Below, one piece after another: positions 51,460 through 62,677 of a DNA stretch of 64,000 nt. Under the pieces are notes generated by a model. That model was not told the origin of the DNA. It saw only the letters and a program-made list of their open reading frames with translations, and made no database searches. The stretch's first letter is position 1. The number at the start of each line of letters is the position of its first letter. Source of the stretch: Trichosphaerium sp. ATCC 40318 (taxonomy: Eukaryota > Protista > Tubulinea); assembly GCA_038496445.1 (NCBI GenBank), contig JALMLS010000316.1, positions 62,001 through 126,000 on the forward strand. The letters run 5' to 3'. The translations under genes were made by a program, and so were the position numbers.

Positions 51460-52330
51460 CCCAGTTATATTTGTCAATATTATCTTTTACAGCTTGTCCT
51501 TTGTTGTTTACCACTGCATAGTGACTTTGGTATCCTGGTTTAATAGGCTTACCCTGGTAAGGATACCAAAGTCACTATGCAGTACAATTCTGGTAATAGA
51601 CCCACCTGCATAATGTAAAGGTGTCCATCCATCATTGTCCAACACTTGCGCCTGATTGAATTAACTGCTTACTTAATCTTTTGTGTCCATGTTTAGCTAG
51701 TATTTGTAAGCTGAAAAAGTTCGTTCAAGATCCAGTATGATTACAACAGTACCAGCACAGTATAAAGCTATCAAGAGCGCCCGCGATTCTTTCCGTAGCC
51801 GATCTTCTACGCGATCTGCTAGAAGCCAGCAACGCAGCGAGGCGCAAGAGCAACCACTCAACGTTGGAAAGTGTGAGAACATAAATTGATAGTTATTTAC
51901 AACATTACCTGCAAAGTGTAACGCTGTTTCTCCATTGTTATTTGTAACATTTATATTTGCATCAGCGTTAATCATCTTTAGTCATATTATTGTATCCACT
52001 TCATGCTCTAAAGTGTGAAAATATATCGCTTATTTACAGCAAGTACCTGCTTTGTGTAAAGCCGTCTCTTCTTCTTTATCTGTTGCGTTTATCTCCTTTT
52101 TCATCTGGATAATGTGGGCGTGTAGATAAATTACCTGTTGTAATATTCCTGAACTCTCTTTGAAACTTCTTTGGCAAATGTGGTACTCTAATAAAGTGTT
52201 GGTCTAAGGTAATAATTTATCAAAATTAACCAAAATACAATAAGTTTGCGGTGTTCTACAACACTTAAGAGAGTGTTGAGTGATAAACACTGGCTAAAAG
52301 CAAAGGACTCTGAGGAATTTTGCCTTGTCA
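51460..52330 (-). pseudogene. Collapsed paralogue of the ankyrin-PARP gene
   Basis: About three ankyrin exon remnants (INADANINVTNNNGETALHFA) joined to a PARP C-terminal piece (GKPIKPGYQSHYAVVNNKGQAVK). Upstream DNA 52330-52790 resembles 58620-58930. Confidence 0.8.
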
Positions 52331-53859
52331 AATAGGGTGGCCACTGATACAGGCAAGGTTTTTCTCGGCTTTTTGTGAGTTGTCCGTTATGAACCGCGAG
52401 TGAGCTTACTGAAAAAAAAAGTAAATCAAAGACGCTAATTACATTATGCTCGCTTCGTTCGATTGTTTAACAAATTGAATTTGGCGCAAGGTTTCCCTGG
52501 GTTTGCACTACTTTTCGCGAAATTGATTAGAGCCACGATTGACTAAAAAATGTGAGCTCTTTTCTGCAAAAATGTAGAACATTCGCCTCCAAAAGAACAG
52601 ATTTAGAAGAAATACAACATGCCGCCAAATTTCGTGAAATGTAGTGCGTTTATGTAATCGCATGCGATTTTAGTTCAAGGCATTTACCTGAAATGCTCAA
52701 GCTACTCTAAGCATGTCTTGCGTGACAACTAAATAAAGCCTGCTGTTTTACGTGCCTGTTGGCTGTTTTTTATCACGTGATAACTCTACACGTTTGCTCG
52801 AAGCGGCACGTATTGTTGAGGTTGTATAGTACTGCGACTGTGGTAGTTATTGAGGTGTTATAGTCAGCTTTTTTCGTACAGCTTGTTCGAAAGTGTTTTC
52901 TAACCTTAATTCTAACGCACGTAATTGTTGTTTACCTCGACTGTGGCTGTTACATTTTACCTCTTCATTTGGTTTTTCGAACAGTTTTTTTTTTTTCGAA
53001 CCAATTAATATTGTGCACACTTTACAACTTTATGTTACACCTTGTACCTTATTTCAACAAGGAGATTCATAGTTGAATACTTATAAGACTCTAGAGTCAC
53101 AACATGCAGTTCATGTTGAAATACCCAGTAACGAATATTACTAGTTTAGACCAAGGTTGACCTCCCTTGGGTTGCGGGTTCAATCCCGGTTGAATGCTTG
53201 TAAACTAATCCTTTGATCTCAATGCCATATTTAAATTGGTAGTCATTTCAAATGTGTTTAAACACGCCTCCGGTAGAACTTTGCGGTCTGGACCAGGTTG
53301 GGACCCTGGTTCGTCTCCTACAACAAACCCCTGGAACTCAGTTGAGCTTCTAAAAATAATACATATAAATTATACTATAAAAAGCACAGGGTGGAAGGTC
53401 TCCTTCACTGTTACGGTCCATCAAGTAGTTGGTATCCTAGTCGTATATACACGTGGAAGATTGGTTTGGTGCAACTCCAAATGTCAACCCTTAGTGAGCA
53501 CCAATGTAGGCTTGCTTAAGAATGGGTCAGTCCCAGCGTAGACAAATAAAAGTAAAGATATATTATCAGTTTTTGTGGCTGACATAGCCTATTTTATGTT
53601 GGTTGCAGTTCAGTTTAGACTGTCTTATTAGTAAGCCAGCTAGATTTCGGAATAGGAAGCGTGTATGTTTGCATCATCTTTAAAGTTTCCGCTCTCGGTA
53701 ATGAAGCCTAAAATTGTGCGAGCTTCCTGTCATTTGCAGCTTGTTTACAAAGAAAACTCAAAGAAAATTAGGCGCTTAAATACGTTTCGAAACAACTAAT
53801 ACACGCCCCCCACCTCTCCCGTAACGAAGCTTTTGTACTGTCAAATAAACTCGTTATCT

Positions 53860-54649
53860 TTATATTTTTTTATGTCTTTTCTGATTTTGGGTTGGAACCA
53901 GTCGCCACAACTTGAGTTTCATATCATTGAAGTAGAAACCATTATCATTAGTAATATCCCATCCAAGAATTCTACCAAACCCAGATACTGAGAGATCAAC
54001 ATTTACTTGCACTATAACATATGGACTGTTTTTTATTGCATTATTTGGGTTGTTTAATAGCAAAAACGGGTTAGTAGTTTCTGGTAGCTCTAAGCATCCC
54101 TCTGTTGAGTTATAGTCCTCTGTTATACCCATTGTTAAGCTCCTATTGGTTGTACACTGAGAAATCATGTAGGCGGTTAAAGACGTACCCATCACCTGCG
54201 TCATCATTTAAGTTGTGTCTGTATATTCCATAGAATTCCAGGCGTTTGAGGAACTTTGCTGACCAACCAAATTTAAGGATTACCATAGCATGACAAGCAC
54301 AGAAACATTGATGGCAAGCAATGATCACCCTCTTCCCCGCCCAATCAAAGGCGAAACTTTTTGATCCTAAAACTGAATTTATTTGAAAAACAAATTTGAG
54401 GATCCCTTTTTACCTGCATAAATACTACTTGTAAATGTATGTTCAAGAGATAAACACTTACTCGTGTGTTGTATTAGCCACCGAGACGTTAGTCTTCTCC
54501 AAACCGGTCCTGTTCTCTCTGTTGTTCACACAAAAGCCTTTTCATCTAACCATTAAAGTTGAATTCGTGTACTAGAGTTGACCATGTGTTGTTGGTAGGT
54601 ACACCATAACAAATAGAGCTAAGAATACGGAAGCTTTGAAGTGATGCAT
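53860..54649 (-). pseudogene. Disrupted duplicate of the 59.9-60.8 kb surface-protein gene
   Basis: High similarity to 60440-60810, with a frameshift, a 334-bp insertion at 54216-54549 and no PT stalk. Confidence 0.75.
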
Positions 54650-54808
54650 CTTGTGTAATGATTTAAAGTATATTTGGCAATAAGTTGGAGATTGATTTCT
54701 TGAGTACACAAGCATATCTTTACTATCGCTTCGCTTTTTCATTATGAACTAATAATGGAGCTTGTTGTCAGAATTAGGAATAATAAAAGAAGCGACTTTA
54801 TTTGAATC

Positions 54809-57800
54809 TTAGTTATATGAGCTCACATTGCTCTCAAGACTAGCAATTCGGGCTAGTAGCTCAGCAATTTGATTACATTGATTAGCATTTTCTTCTTCAA
54901 GTTTAGTATTGTGTTCCTCCAGTTTAGTGATTCTGATAAGTTGTTTTGTGTTGTTTTTCTCTTGCTCAGCTTTAGTTTTCTGGAGCTCGGCAGTAACTTC
55001 TTGCAATTTGGTATTTGATTCCTCAATAACAGTTTTGTTTTCTTGTTTGAGCCTTGTAATTTCGTGTTTTAGTGATAGTACAAGCTGGTCTTGTGCGCTT
55101 GGTTGATCAGGTTGATTTGGATTTGTGGCTGCCCATAATTTTCTTCATAGTAAATGAGTAAACTATTATTATGTGTGTAGTCTTACCGTTTATTTTTAAA
55201 TGAGTCTTCATGAAACAACTCATCTGACTCATTAACATTGTCTGATTTTGAAAGCTCTTTGTTTGTCAGTTTTTTATTTCCAGTTGGTTTGATGATCTTG
55301 GTCTTTTTTGGCTTGCTTGATTTCTTTTTTGTTGTTTTACTTTTGTTCTGAACTATCCGTTTTCTTGACTTTACAACCTTAATAATATAACGTGCAACAG
55401 CTTGTACATCTAAATAAACAATAAGAGCAATACTTAAGGCCATATTAGACTATTTTACCTTGAGCCACAACCAACTCATCACGTGGATATACATCAATAT
55501 TTTCTTTTACAGCTTCTCCCTTTTTGTTTACCACTGCATAATGACTTTGGTACCCAGGTTTAATAGGCTTACCCTTAAAGTTAATAGTATTTGTAGGTTT
55601 TTCAATTACCTACCAATATTGTAAATAAACATAGAAACCAATGTTTGCATACAGGATACACATTGCCAGGTGTAACTAAACTCAGAATCAGAGTTTTGTC
55701 GCCTTGAGATACATCATAAGAGCATGCATAAGAGAGACTACTCTATGGGATTATTAGAACAAGAACAAAGTGATGATTAAGTACTGTAAAATAGATTCCT
55801 TGTCCATAATATCCAGCATCCAAGGCACTTACAGTTCCAAATCCAGCTTTTACAATGCTATAAGCTGCTTCAGCACGTGTTCCATGTGCCATTAACACAA
55901 CAGGTAACTGAAAAATTAGTCACAAGTATGATGATTGCTACTACTACCTCTGTGTTGTTAGTTGGTACAGTTATCAAAGATGAAAACTTGTCGTAAACGT
56001 TTGTTCTTTGAATGTGGTGAGTGTCACGTCTCCAATCATCCTTACAAAATAACTTGGGTAGTTCCCTAAAGTAACAATCAATAATCCTTACAACATGTTT
56101 ACATACTGGTGCCTATGTTGAAGTATTGTGTTGTACATCCCAAAGTTTCGAAGCAAGACATCATTGCAAACAAGATGAGCTGATTTAACAGTGACTTGAT
56201 CATAGCCATGCATTTTAGACATCTGTTCATGAAGAAACTGTCGTTCTCTTTTGGCTACAGTGTCATTCTCATCAAAAAGGTCCAAAGTTCTATAATGTGT
56301 TGCCTTTTCAATAAAACCCCTGTAAAATGTTAAACAATATAACAATGTGATAACTCAACTTGTTTTTTGATCTATCCCAGCCATGTGCATACTCCAATCG
56401 TGGGTTTAAGTCCCATAACGTCTTACTTTTTAATCCTTGTTGAAATCAAATGATTGTATTAACATTACTGTACCTGCTATAGTATCTCCTAATACAGTAT
56501 TGGGTATGATAGGCTGAATAGCATATGTGCCAAGTTTACATTTGAGGTGCATGTCATCAATAGGCTTCTACCCACAAGTCAAAAAGAATATACCTATTTG
56601 ACATACACTTTCTTTGTGCGTGTTTTGAGCACATTTGCTGCATATGTGAAGCTTATTTACCACTATACTAACAGTTAAAAGAATTGTATTTGATTAAAAC
56701 TCACAATCTTGCGTATTTGATTTATGCAGTTGAATGGAGTTTATACACCAGCCTTCTTCTGCACACATTTGAGCAACATTACCAGTTGGTTTTGTTTTTT
56801 TACTCCACATGTCATCTGGTAAGTCATACAAAATACCTTCCATTAGTTCTCCTTGTTCAACCCAAAAGCTCTATAGTGAAATTAGCTGTAATACCTTTAT
56901 AAAATTTGATACCGAGGATTGTACAAATATGCGATTGTAAGTACAAATTAATGAACATATACCCTTTTGCATTGCAAGATTAAAATAAGAATGTGTTGGC
57001 TTAGTATGATTAATTTTCATATTTGACATAAGGCTGTACCAAGTACTGTAGCCATTTTGCAAGATGATATCTCCATTTTGGAGTGTTGACATTTGAACAT
57101 GATAGCCATAGTGAGTGATTGTGTTGATTAGTTGGAAATTGTGACAAAACAGTTTCAAAAACTTTGGTGTATGCGGGATCATTGTCAACTACCTTCATCA
57201 ATATAGTTCTAAAGCCAAACTTCTGTCCTCTCATTGTCCGTGAAAAAACATCATTTGCATTTGATAAGATGAGAAATACTGCTGTATTTTTACAGTGTGC
57301 TAATAGAGGTTGTTATTTAATGTTTTGCAAATAGAATCACCTGCATAAATTAAAGGTGTCCATCCTTTATTGTCTACTGCTTCAATACTAGCATGTGAGT
57401 TAATTAACTGCTCAACTATTCTACTGTGTCCACGTTCAGCTAGCCTGTATAAGTAAATTGTATTGTTAAGATTAATACCAGCAACATGTAAAGCTGTATG
57501 TCCATGGTTATTTGTAGCGTTGACATTTGCATCTGCATTTATCAATAACTTAACAGTTTCATGGCGCCCACAATGTACTTAAGAGTTTTGAGAACATATT
57601 GTATTACAACACCATACCTGCTTTGTGTAAAGCTGTCTTTCCATCTTTATCTGCAATATTGATATTTGCACCTGCATTGATCAATAAGCTAGCAATACCA
57701 TGAAAAGCTGCAATTTGTGAGAACACAATGTATTTACAACACCGTACCTGCAACATGTAAGGCTGTCTTTTCATCTTTATCTGTACTATTGACATTTGCT

Positions 57801-58613
57801 CCTGCATTGATCAATAACTTAGCAATATGATCATGTCCATAAAATGCTTAGAAATGTGAGAACAGACACTGTGTTTACAACAGGTACCTGCAAAATGTAA
57901 AGCTGTACGCCCATCTTTATCAATAACATTGGCATTTGCTCCTTCATTAATCAATAAGTTAGCTATAACATTGTGTCCATTAAACGCTGAGAAGTGTGAG
58001 AACAGACATTGTATTTACAACATAGTATTTACAACACCATACCTGCTTTGTGTAAAGCTGTTTGTCCATCTATGTCTATAGCGTTGATATTCACATCTGC
58101 ATTGATCAGTATTTTTACAACATTATCATCACGTCCATATTGCACTAGAAAATGTGAGAATATCTATTGTATTTACTGCAGTACCTGCTTTGTGTAAAGC
58201 TGTTCTTCCATATTTATCTACAGTATTGACATCTATCCACATTAAACACATTGATGCAATATTTGGCAAATCAGCACATGCTAAATTAAGTTGATATGCG
58301 CTTACGTCCATTATACAAACCTGAATACAGTAGAATTTTTTTGGCTCTCTCTGGACTACATAGTTTGTCCTTTAGTTTGTTTACTACAAACACATGAACA
58401 AGTTACCTAGGATAAACAGTACCTGTTGTGACATGCTTGAAAACTTTTTTTAATAATATTGAATCAAAGTCTACGCCCAAGATAGAAGTATCAAGATTGA
58501 AGCGGCGAAGTTTTTTCAGTTCGTCTAGGCATTATTAGTAGCTTATGTATTAAAACAAGTTTGATAATACCTTTTAAGTCTCGGTTAACTTCTTCTTGGC
58601 CCTGGATTGACAT
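54809..58613 (-). CDS. Ankyrin-repeat + PARP-like ADP-ribosyltransferase + coiled-coil protein
   Basis: Seven ankyrin exons (LINAGANVN..DKDG.TALH.A); LMAHGTRAEAAYSIVKAGFGTVSALDAGYYGQGIYFT..SYACSY..PGNVYP..YQSHY..DELVV; basic region and terminal coiled coil. Confidence 0.85.
57341..58281 (-). repeat. Tandem ~140-bp exon+intron units, one ankyrin repeat each
   Basis: Exon 3' ends at ~57341, 57479, 57618, 57748, 57888, 58043 and 58185. Most introns share tgtgagaaca...tgtatttacaaca...tacc (+ strand). Confidence 0.9.
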
Positions 58614-59414
58614 GATATGCGGCCACTGAACGTCAGTACTTGCTTTCTTGGCTCTTGCGCAGCCACGTATGTTGATAATTGAAGTGTTTTGTTGTCTCGG
58701 CTTTGTGCGAGTTCTGAGCTGTTTGCTACAAAAAAAGTGTCATAAAGACTGGTTATATGTCAAAATTGATGTCGGTGTCAGTTTTTTGCGTTTCTGTATC
58801 CGTGCACTTTCTGTTTGAAGATTTTCCAAATACTCGCACTACGATAGCGCGTTCCATGTCACAACTGTGATATAGACGCTTTTTTTTAACGTGCCTTTTG
58901 GCTCTTTTTTATCACGTGATAACTCTACGCTCGAGCGATATGTACTTTTGAGTTTGTATACCGCGAATGGTTACTGTGTTTTAAAGTCCTATTTTTTCGC
59001 GCTGTTTCTCGAAAAGTTGTGCGAACAAGTTGTTCTTTTCCGCTCTCATTACTACTCACCCCAAGGAGCCATAAAAACGGCTACGAATTAATAACGATTT
59101 ACGTGTTAACTTACTAGCACCAAGCGCGAATGCTGGCACATAATCAGGCGTAAAGAGGAGTATTTAACGTGAGATAACGTTAAAACCTCAAAGAAAATTA
59201 CAAGCGCTTCCAAAGTATCTTGCGCTGAGTGTACGGTACTAGTATAGCATAATAGTACGTTTTAGAGTATACAAGACAACTGCTGGACCTTAAAGGACGT
59301 TAACAGAACTGCTAACAATGTACAAAATAAAATAATGGTTAAAAACACGTGGTGTCGCAATAATATGTATGCGTTGTGGATTTAATTAGTTTTTTTCCAG
59401 AACTGACAATATAC

Positions 59415-59502
59415 GTCAGATCTTGTAGTTTTTAAGAGATCTTGAAAGAACTACCAAGATCTTGTAGAACTAACAGAAGTTGCAAGATCTGTCAGATCTG
59501 AC
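59415..59502. repeat. Cluster of five AGATCT palindromes
   Basis: AGATCT at 59418, 59437, 59457, 59485 and 59494; bounded by GTCAGATCT...AGATCTGAC. Confidence 0.7.
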
Positions 59503-59951
59503 TAAACACGAAAACCAAAAGTCACAAACAGCAAAAAGTTGCAAACTTTGCAAACTTGAATGATAAGACAATATGTTACGATTATGTCTGAGATAGTTTT
59601 GAGTGTGCAATTCTTTGAAATAAAAAGACATGGCGACCATTGGGCGGATTTCAAATCGAGGAACTAACGAGATGTTGTGATAGCTACACCGTTTTTTTTT
59701 TAACTAGATAGATCCCTATCGTACATTGGCCAACAAACAACAACACATAATCAGGAGAACATGCCTCTTGCAGTTGGTCCCAAATATTGTGACCTACTCA
59801 TTGGTTATTAAAAGTAACAGAAATAAAACTACATAAGCTCATTCATCTGTCGCTGTTGCTGGAGGATCAGTTTCGATCAGCAATAAGTGGCATCTTTTAA
59901 CAACAAATTTGTATGGATTAGAAACATGTTATCAAAATAAACTATGCCATG

Positions 59952-60806
59952 CTAGAATAATGTGTGGAACACAATTAATGCACCTGTAGTAACAAGTACC
60001 AAAGCAAGCGAGGGGGGAGTTAATGTCATTGGTACTACATCTGTTGGTGCAAGTGTTATAACTTCAGTAGTTGGTACCTCAGTCTGTATAGGAGGTGTAT
60101 TTGTTGGCGCTTCAGATAATGGAGGTATAGTTGTCGGTGGTTCTGTTGTTGACGATATAGTTGGCATTTCTGTTGTTGGAGGTACAGTAGTTGAGGCTTT
60201 TGTAGATGGCACTTATGTCGTTGGTGGAACAGTAGTTGGTATAAAATCACAAGAGTTTGTTGAAGGTTCAAACCTACAATATAGTGTTACTATCTACTGG
60301 CTATGTACTGCGTTTGGGTTGGAGTTTTTGGCTCTAGAAGCTCGGACGCACGCGAAAAAGATTGTGTTGAGACCGCTTTGTAAATTAGAAGTTTGTGCAT
60401 TGGAACCAATCCTGTACACTTGAAGTAAAACTGGGTAGTATCGTATCCCACAAGAATTCTACCAAACCCAGATACTGAGAGATCAACATTTACTTGCAAT
60501 ATAACATATGGACTGTTTTTTATTGCAATATTTGGGTTGTTTAATATCAAAAACGGGTTAGTAGTTTCTGGTAGCTCTAAGCATCTCTCTGTTGAGTTAT
60601 AGTCCTCTTTTATACCTATTGTTAAGCTCCTATTGGTCGTACAGTGAGAATACATCTCGGCAGTTAAAGACGTACCCGTCACCTGCGTCATCATTTAAGT
60701 TGCCATTGAAGTTGAATTCGTGTACTAGAGTTTGACCATGTGTTGTTGGTAGGTACACGATTACAAAATAGACAGCTAACAATGCGGAACCTTTGAAGTG
60801 ATGCAT
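59952..60806 (-). CDS. Secreted surface protein: LamG/ConA-like start, PT stalk, hydrophobic tail
   Basis: MHHFKGSALLAVYFVIVYLPTTHGQTLVHEFNFNGNLNDDAGDG; PT-rich stalk; SLALVLVTTGALIVFHTLF. Exon joining is uncertain. Confidence 0.65.
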
Positions 60807-60902
60807 CTTGTGTAATGGTTAGAATTATCCTGCCAATGAGAGATTGAAGTATATCTTTACAATCGCTTTTGCAAGAAAAATATGAGATAACAAAACACTT
60901 TT

Positions 60903-62409
60903 TTATTGTATTGTACATCGCTTATGATCAGTAGTACCACCATACTTATCAATCCTTGGTAGTGTATGGTAAGTACCACGAAATATAGTGCAAACCTCAT
61001 CAACAACTATAAAGCCAAGTCAATAAGGTGAAAAATTGAGATAAAGTTTAATACGTTCTGCAACACCAATACCACAAAGGCTATCAACTTCAACATAACT
61101 AAAAGCCTATCCAAAAAAAAAAGATGTAAGCTAACATTTGATGTTATTCGTCAAGTACCTTAGTTTGTTTTGCTAAATCAATACCTTGTGACCAACTTAT
61201 AACAGACTCACGAGGCCTACCCTTAATATTTTTTAGCTTCGAAAAAAAAAATTGCTTCGAAATTGTTTTGGTTGTCGAGTTGCGTAGGGACCAAGGTGAT
61301 TTAAATATGTACCTCCAAAATAGCTGTAACTCTTGAATTTTGTTTTAAGCCAACAAGAATACGTGGCACAAGAAGTCCGTGATGGTTTAACTCTGGTATC
61401 CACTACCCTATTAAATAAGCACATAAACAAAAACAAATATATAGAGAGTTATTGTACGCACTCGAGATGTAATACTCTCATATGATTCATAGTTATCAAG
61501 GGAGAAGCAAACTAAGAGAACATCCTATTCTTACAACCGTCATCCAAACAGGGCGTTATAAGCTTGTACAATAAAAACAAAAAGTAAACATCAAAGAAAA
61601 TTACCGTGCTAGGATAAGTAATAGGCCTCAACCTATCATACTCTGGTTTACCACTTGTATCGCATATTCCTACAATACATTAATCATTTTTAAGTGAAAA
61701 AAAAAATACAGTTAAAGGTTACGACCACGTGCAAACACAAAACCGGAAATCTAAAAATACATTCCGCCTAGGTACCTACAGTAAACGGGTCTTTGCGAAT
61801 CGCAATTTCAGCACAAACTGCAGGCAGAACGAAGGACTCATGAGGTAAAATATCTCCAAACGGTTCTTCATGATTAAATCCGCTATTAATACACCATATT
61901 AGATGCGTTTTGCCTTTAGTTTGTTAGTATAGCATAGTTTTTATGTTTATTTTACCTACACCCCGGTCACCACAAACCACAACCCTAATATTACTGGGGA
62001 TATCAGATGCCATTTGTATTCGCCTTACCGTTTAAAGTTCACTTAACCAATTGTACTGAGCTTATGAAGGAATATGCAAACAGCCCTAATGCTGCTAATG
62101 ACTCGGTCATAAGCTGAGTTGAGTAGAGAAAACCTGATGAAGCCTATTGGCGTGCATGGGCTGGCGAAGAAGTACGAATTGAAAAAGTTCTGTGTGTTCT
62201 TCAAGCAACATCATTGCAGAAAGCCCATCCTGGTATGATGGTGGTATAACAAATATTGCCGCTAACACCATAACTTGACGTAATTGGAGCGTCTGCAGCC
62301 CCGTATGAAGGATTTTGAAGGTTGTTCCATTGCCATCTCCTTGGTTTATTGGGCGGATTGTTCTTAACGATTTTGACAGGTAATGAAGAATGGCCTCTGC
62401 AATTACCAT
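60903..62409 (-). CDS. Atypical Rho-family small GTPase with CaaX; 5' end uncertain
   Basis: [57 protein letters not shown], terminal CTIQ*. Confidence 0.85.
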
Positions 62410-62677
62410 CTAAAAACAGAACAGGTACGCGTTTTCTCAGGTCAAAAACAGTTGATTTGGGAGTTCAAGCATGAGTGGTAGGTGTACTACGCTGTAAGTG
62501 AACAGCAAAAACAATATGTTCGAATGAAAAAAAAAACTTGAAATTTCTTTCCCGGAGGCCTATAATTTGGCACAGTGAAGCTATGAGTGCCTATAGTCGT
62601 AATTTCTCTAGACACGGGCTACAGTGAGAGTCCAGGACTATATAGTAGACAAGTATACATTATAGTGGAAATCTGAT

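Noticed and set aside
57341-58281. CRISPR-like repeat-spacer array
   Set aside because: The units are ankyrin exons and spliceosomal introns. There are no cas genes and the context is eukaryotic.
58384-58406. Possible 23-nt ultra-short intron
   Set aside because: The paralogue at ~52135 uses the upstream CAACAG|GT donor, so a 39-nt intron plus a homopolymer indel is at least as likely.
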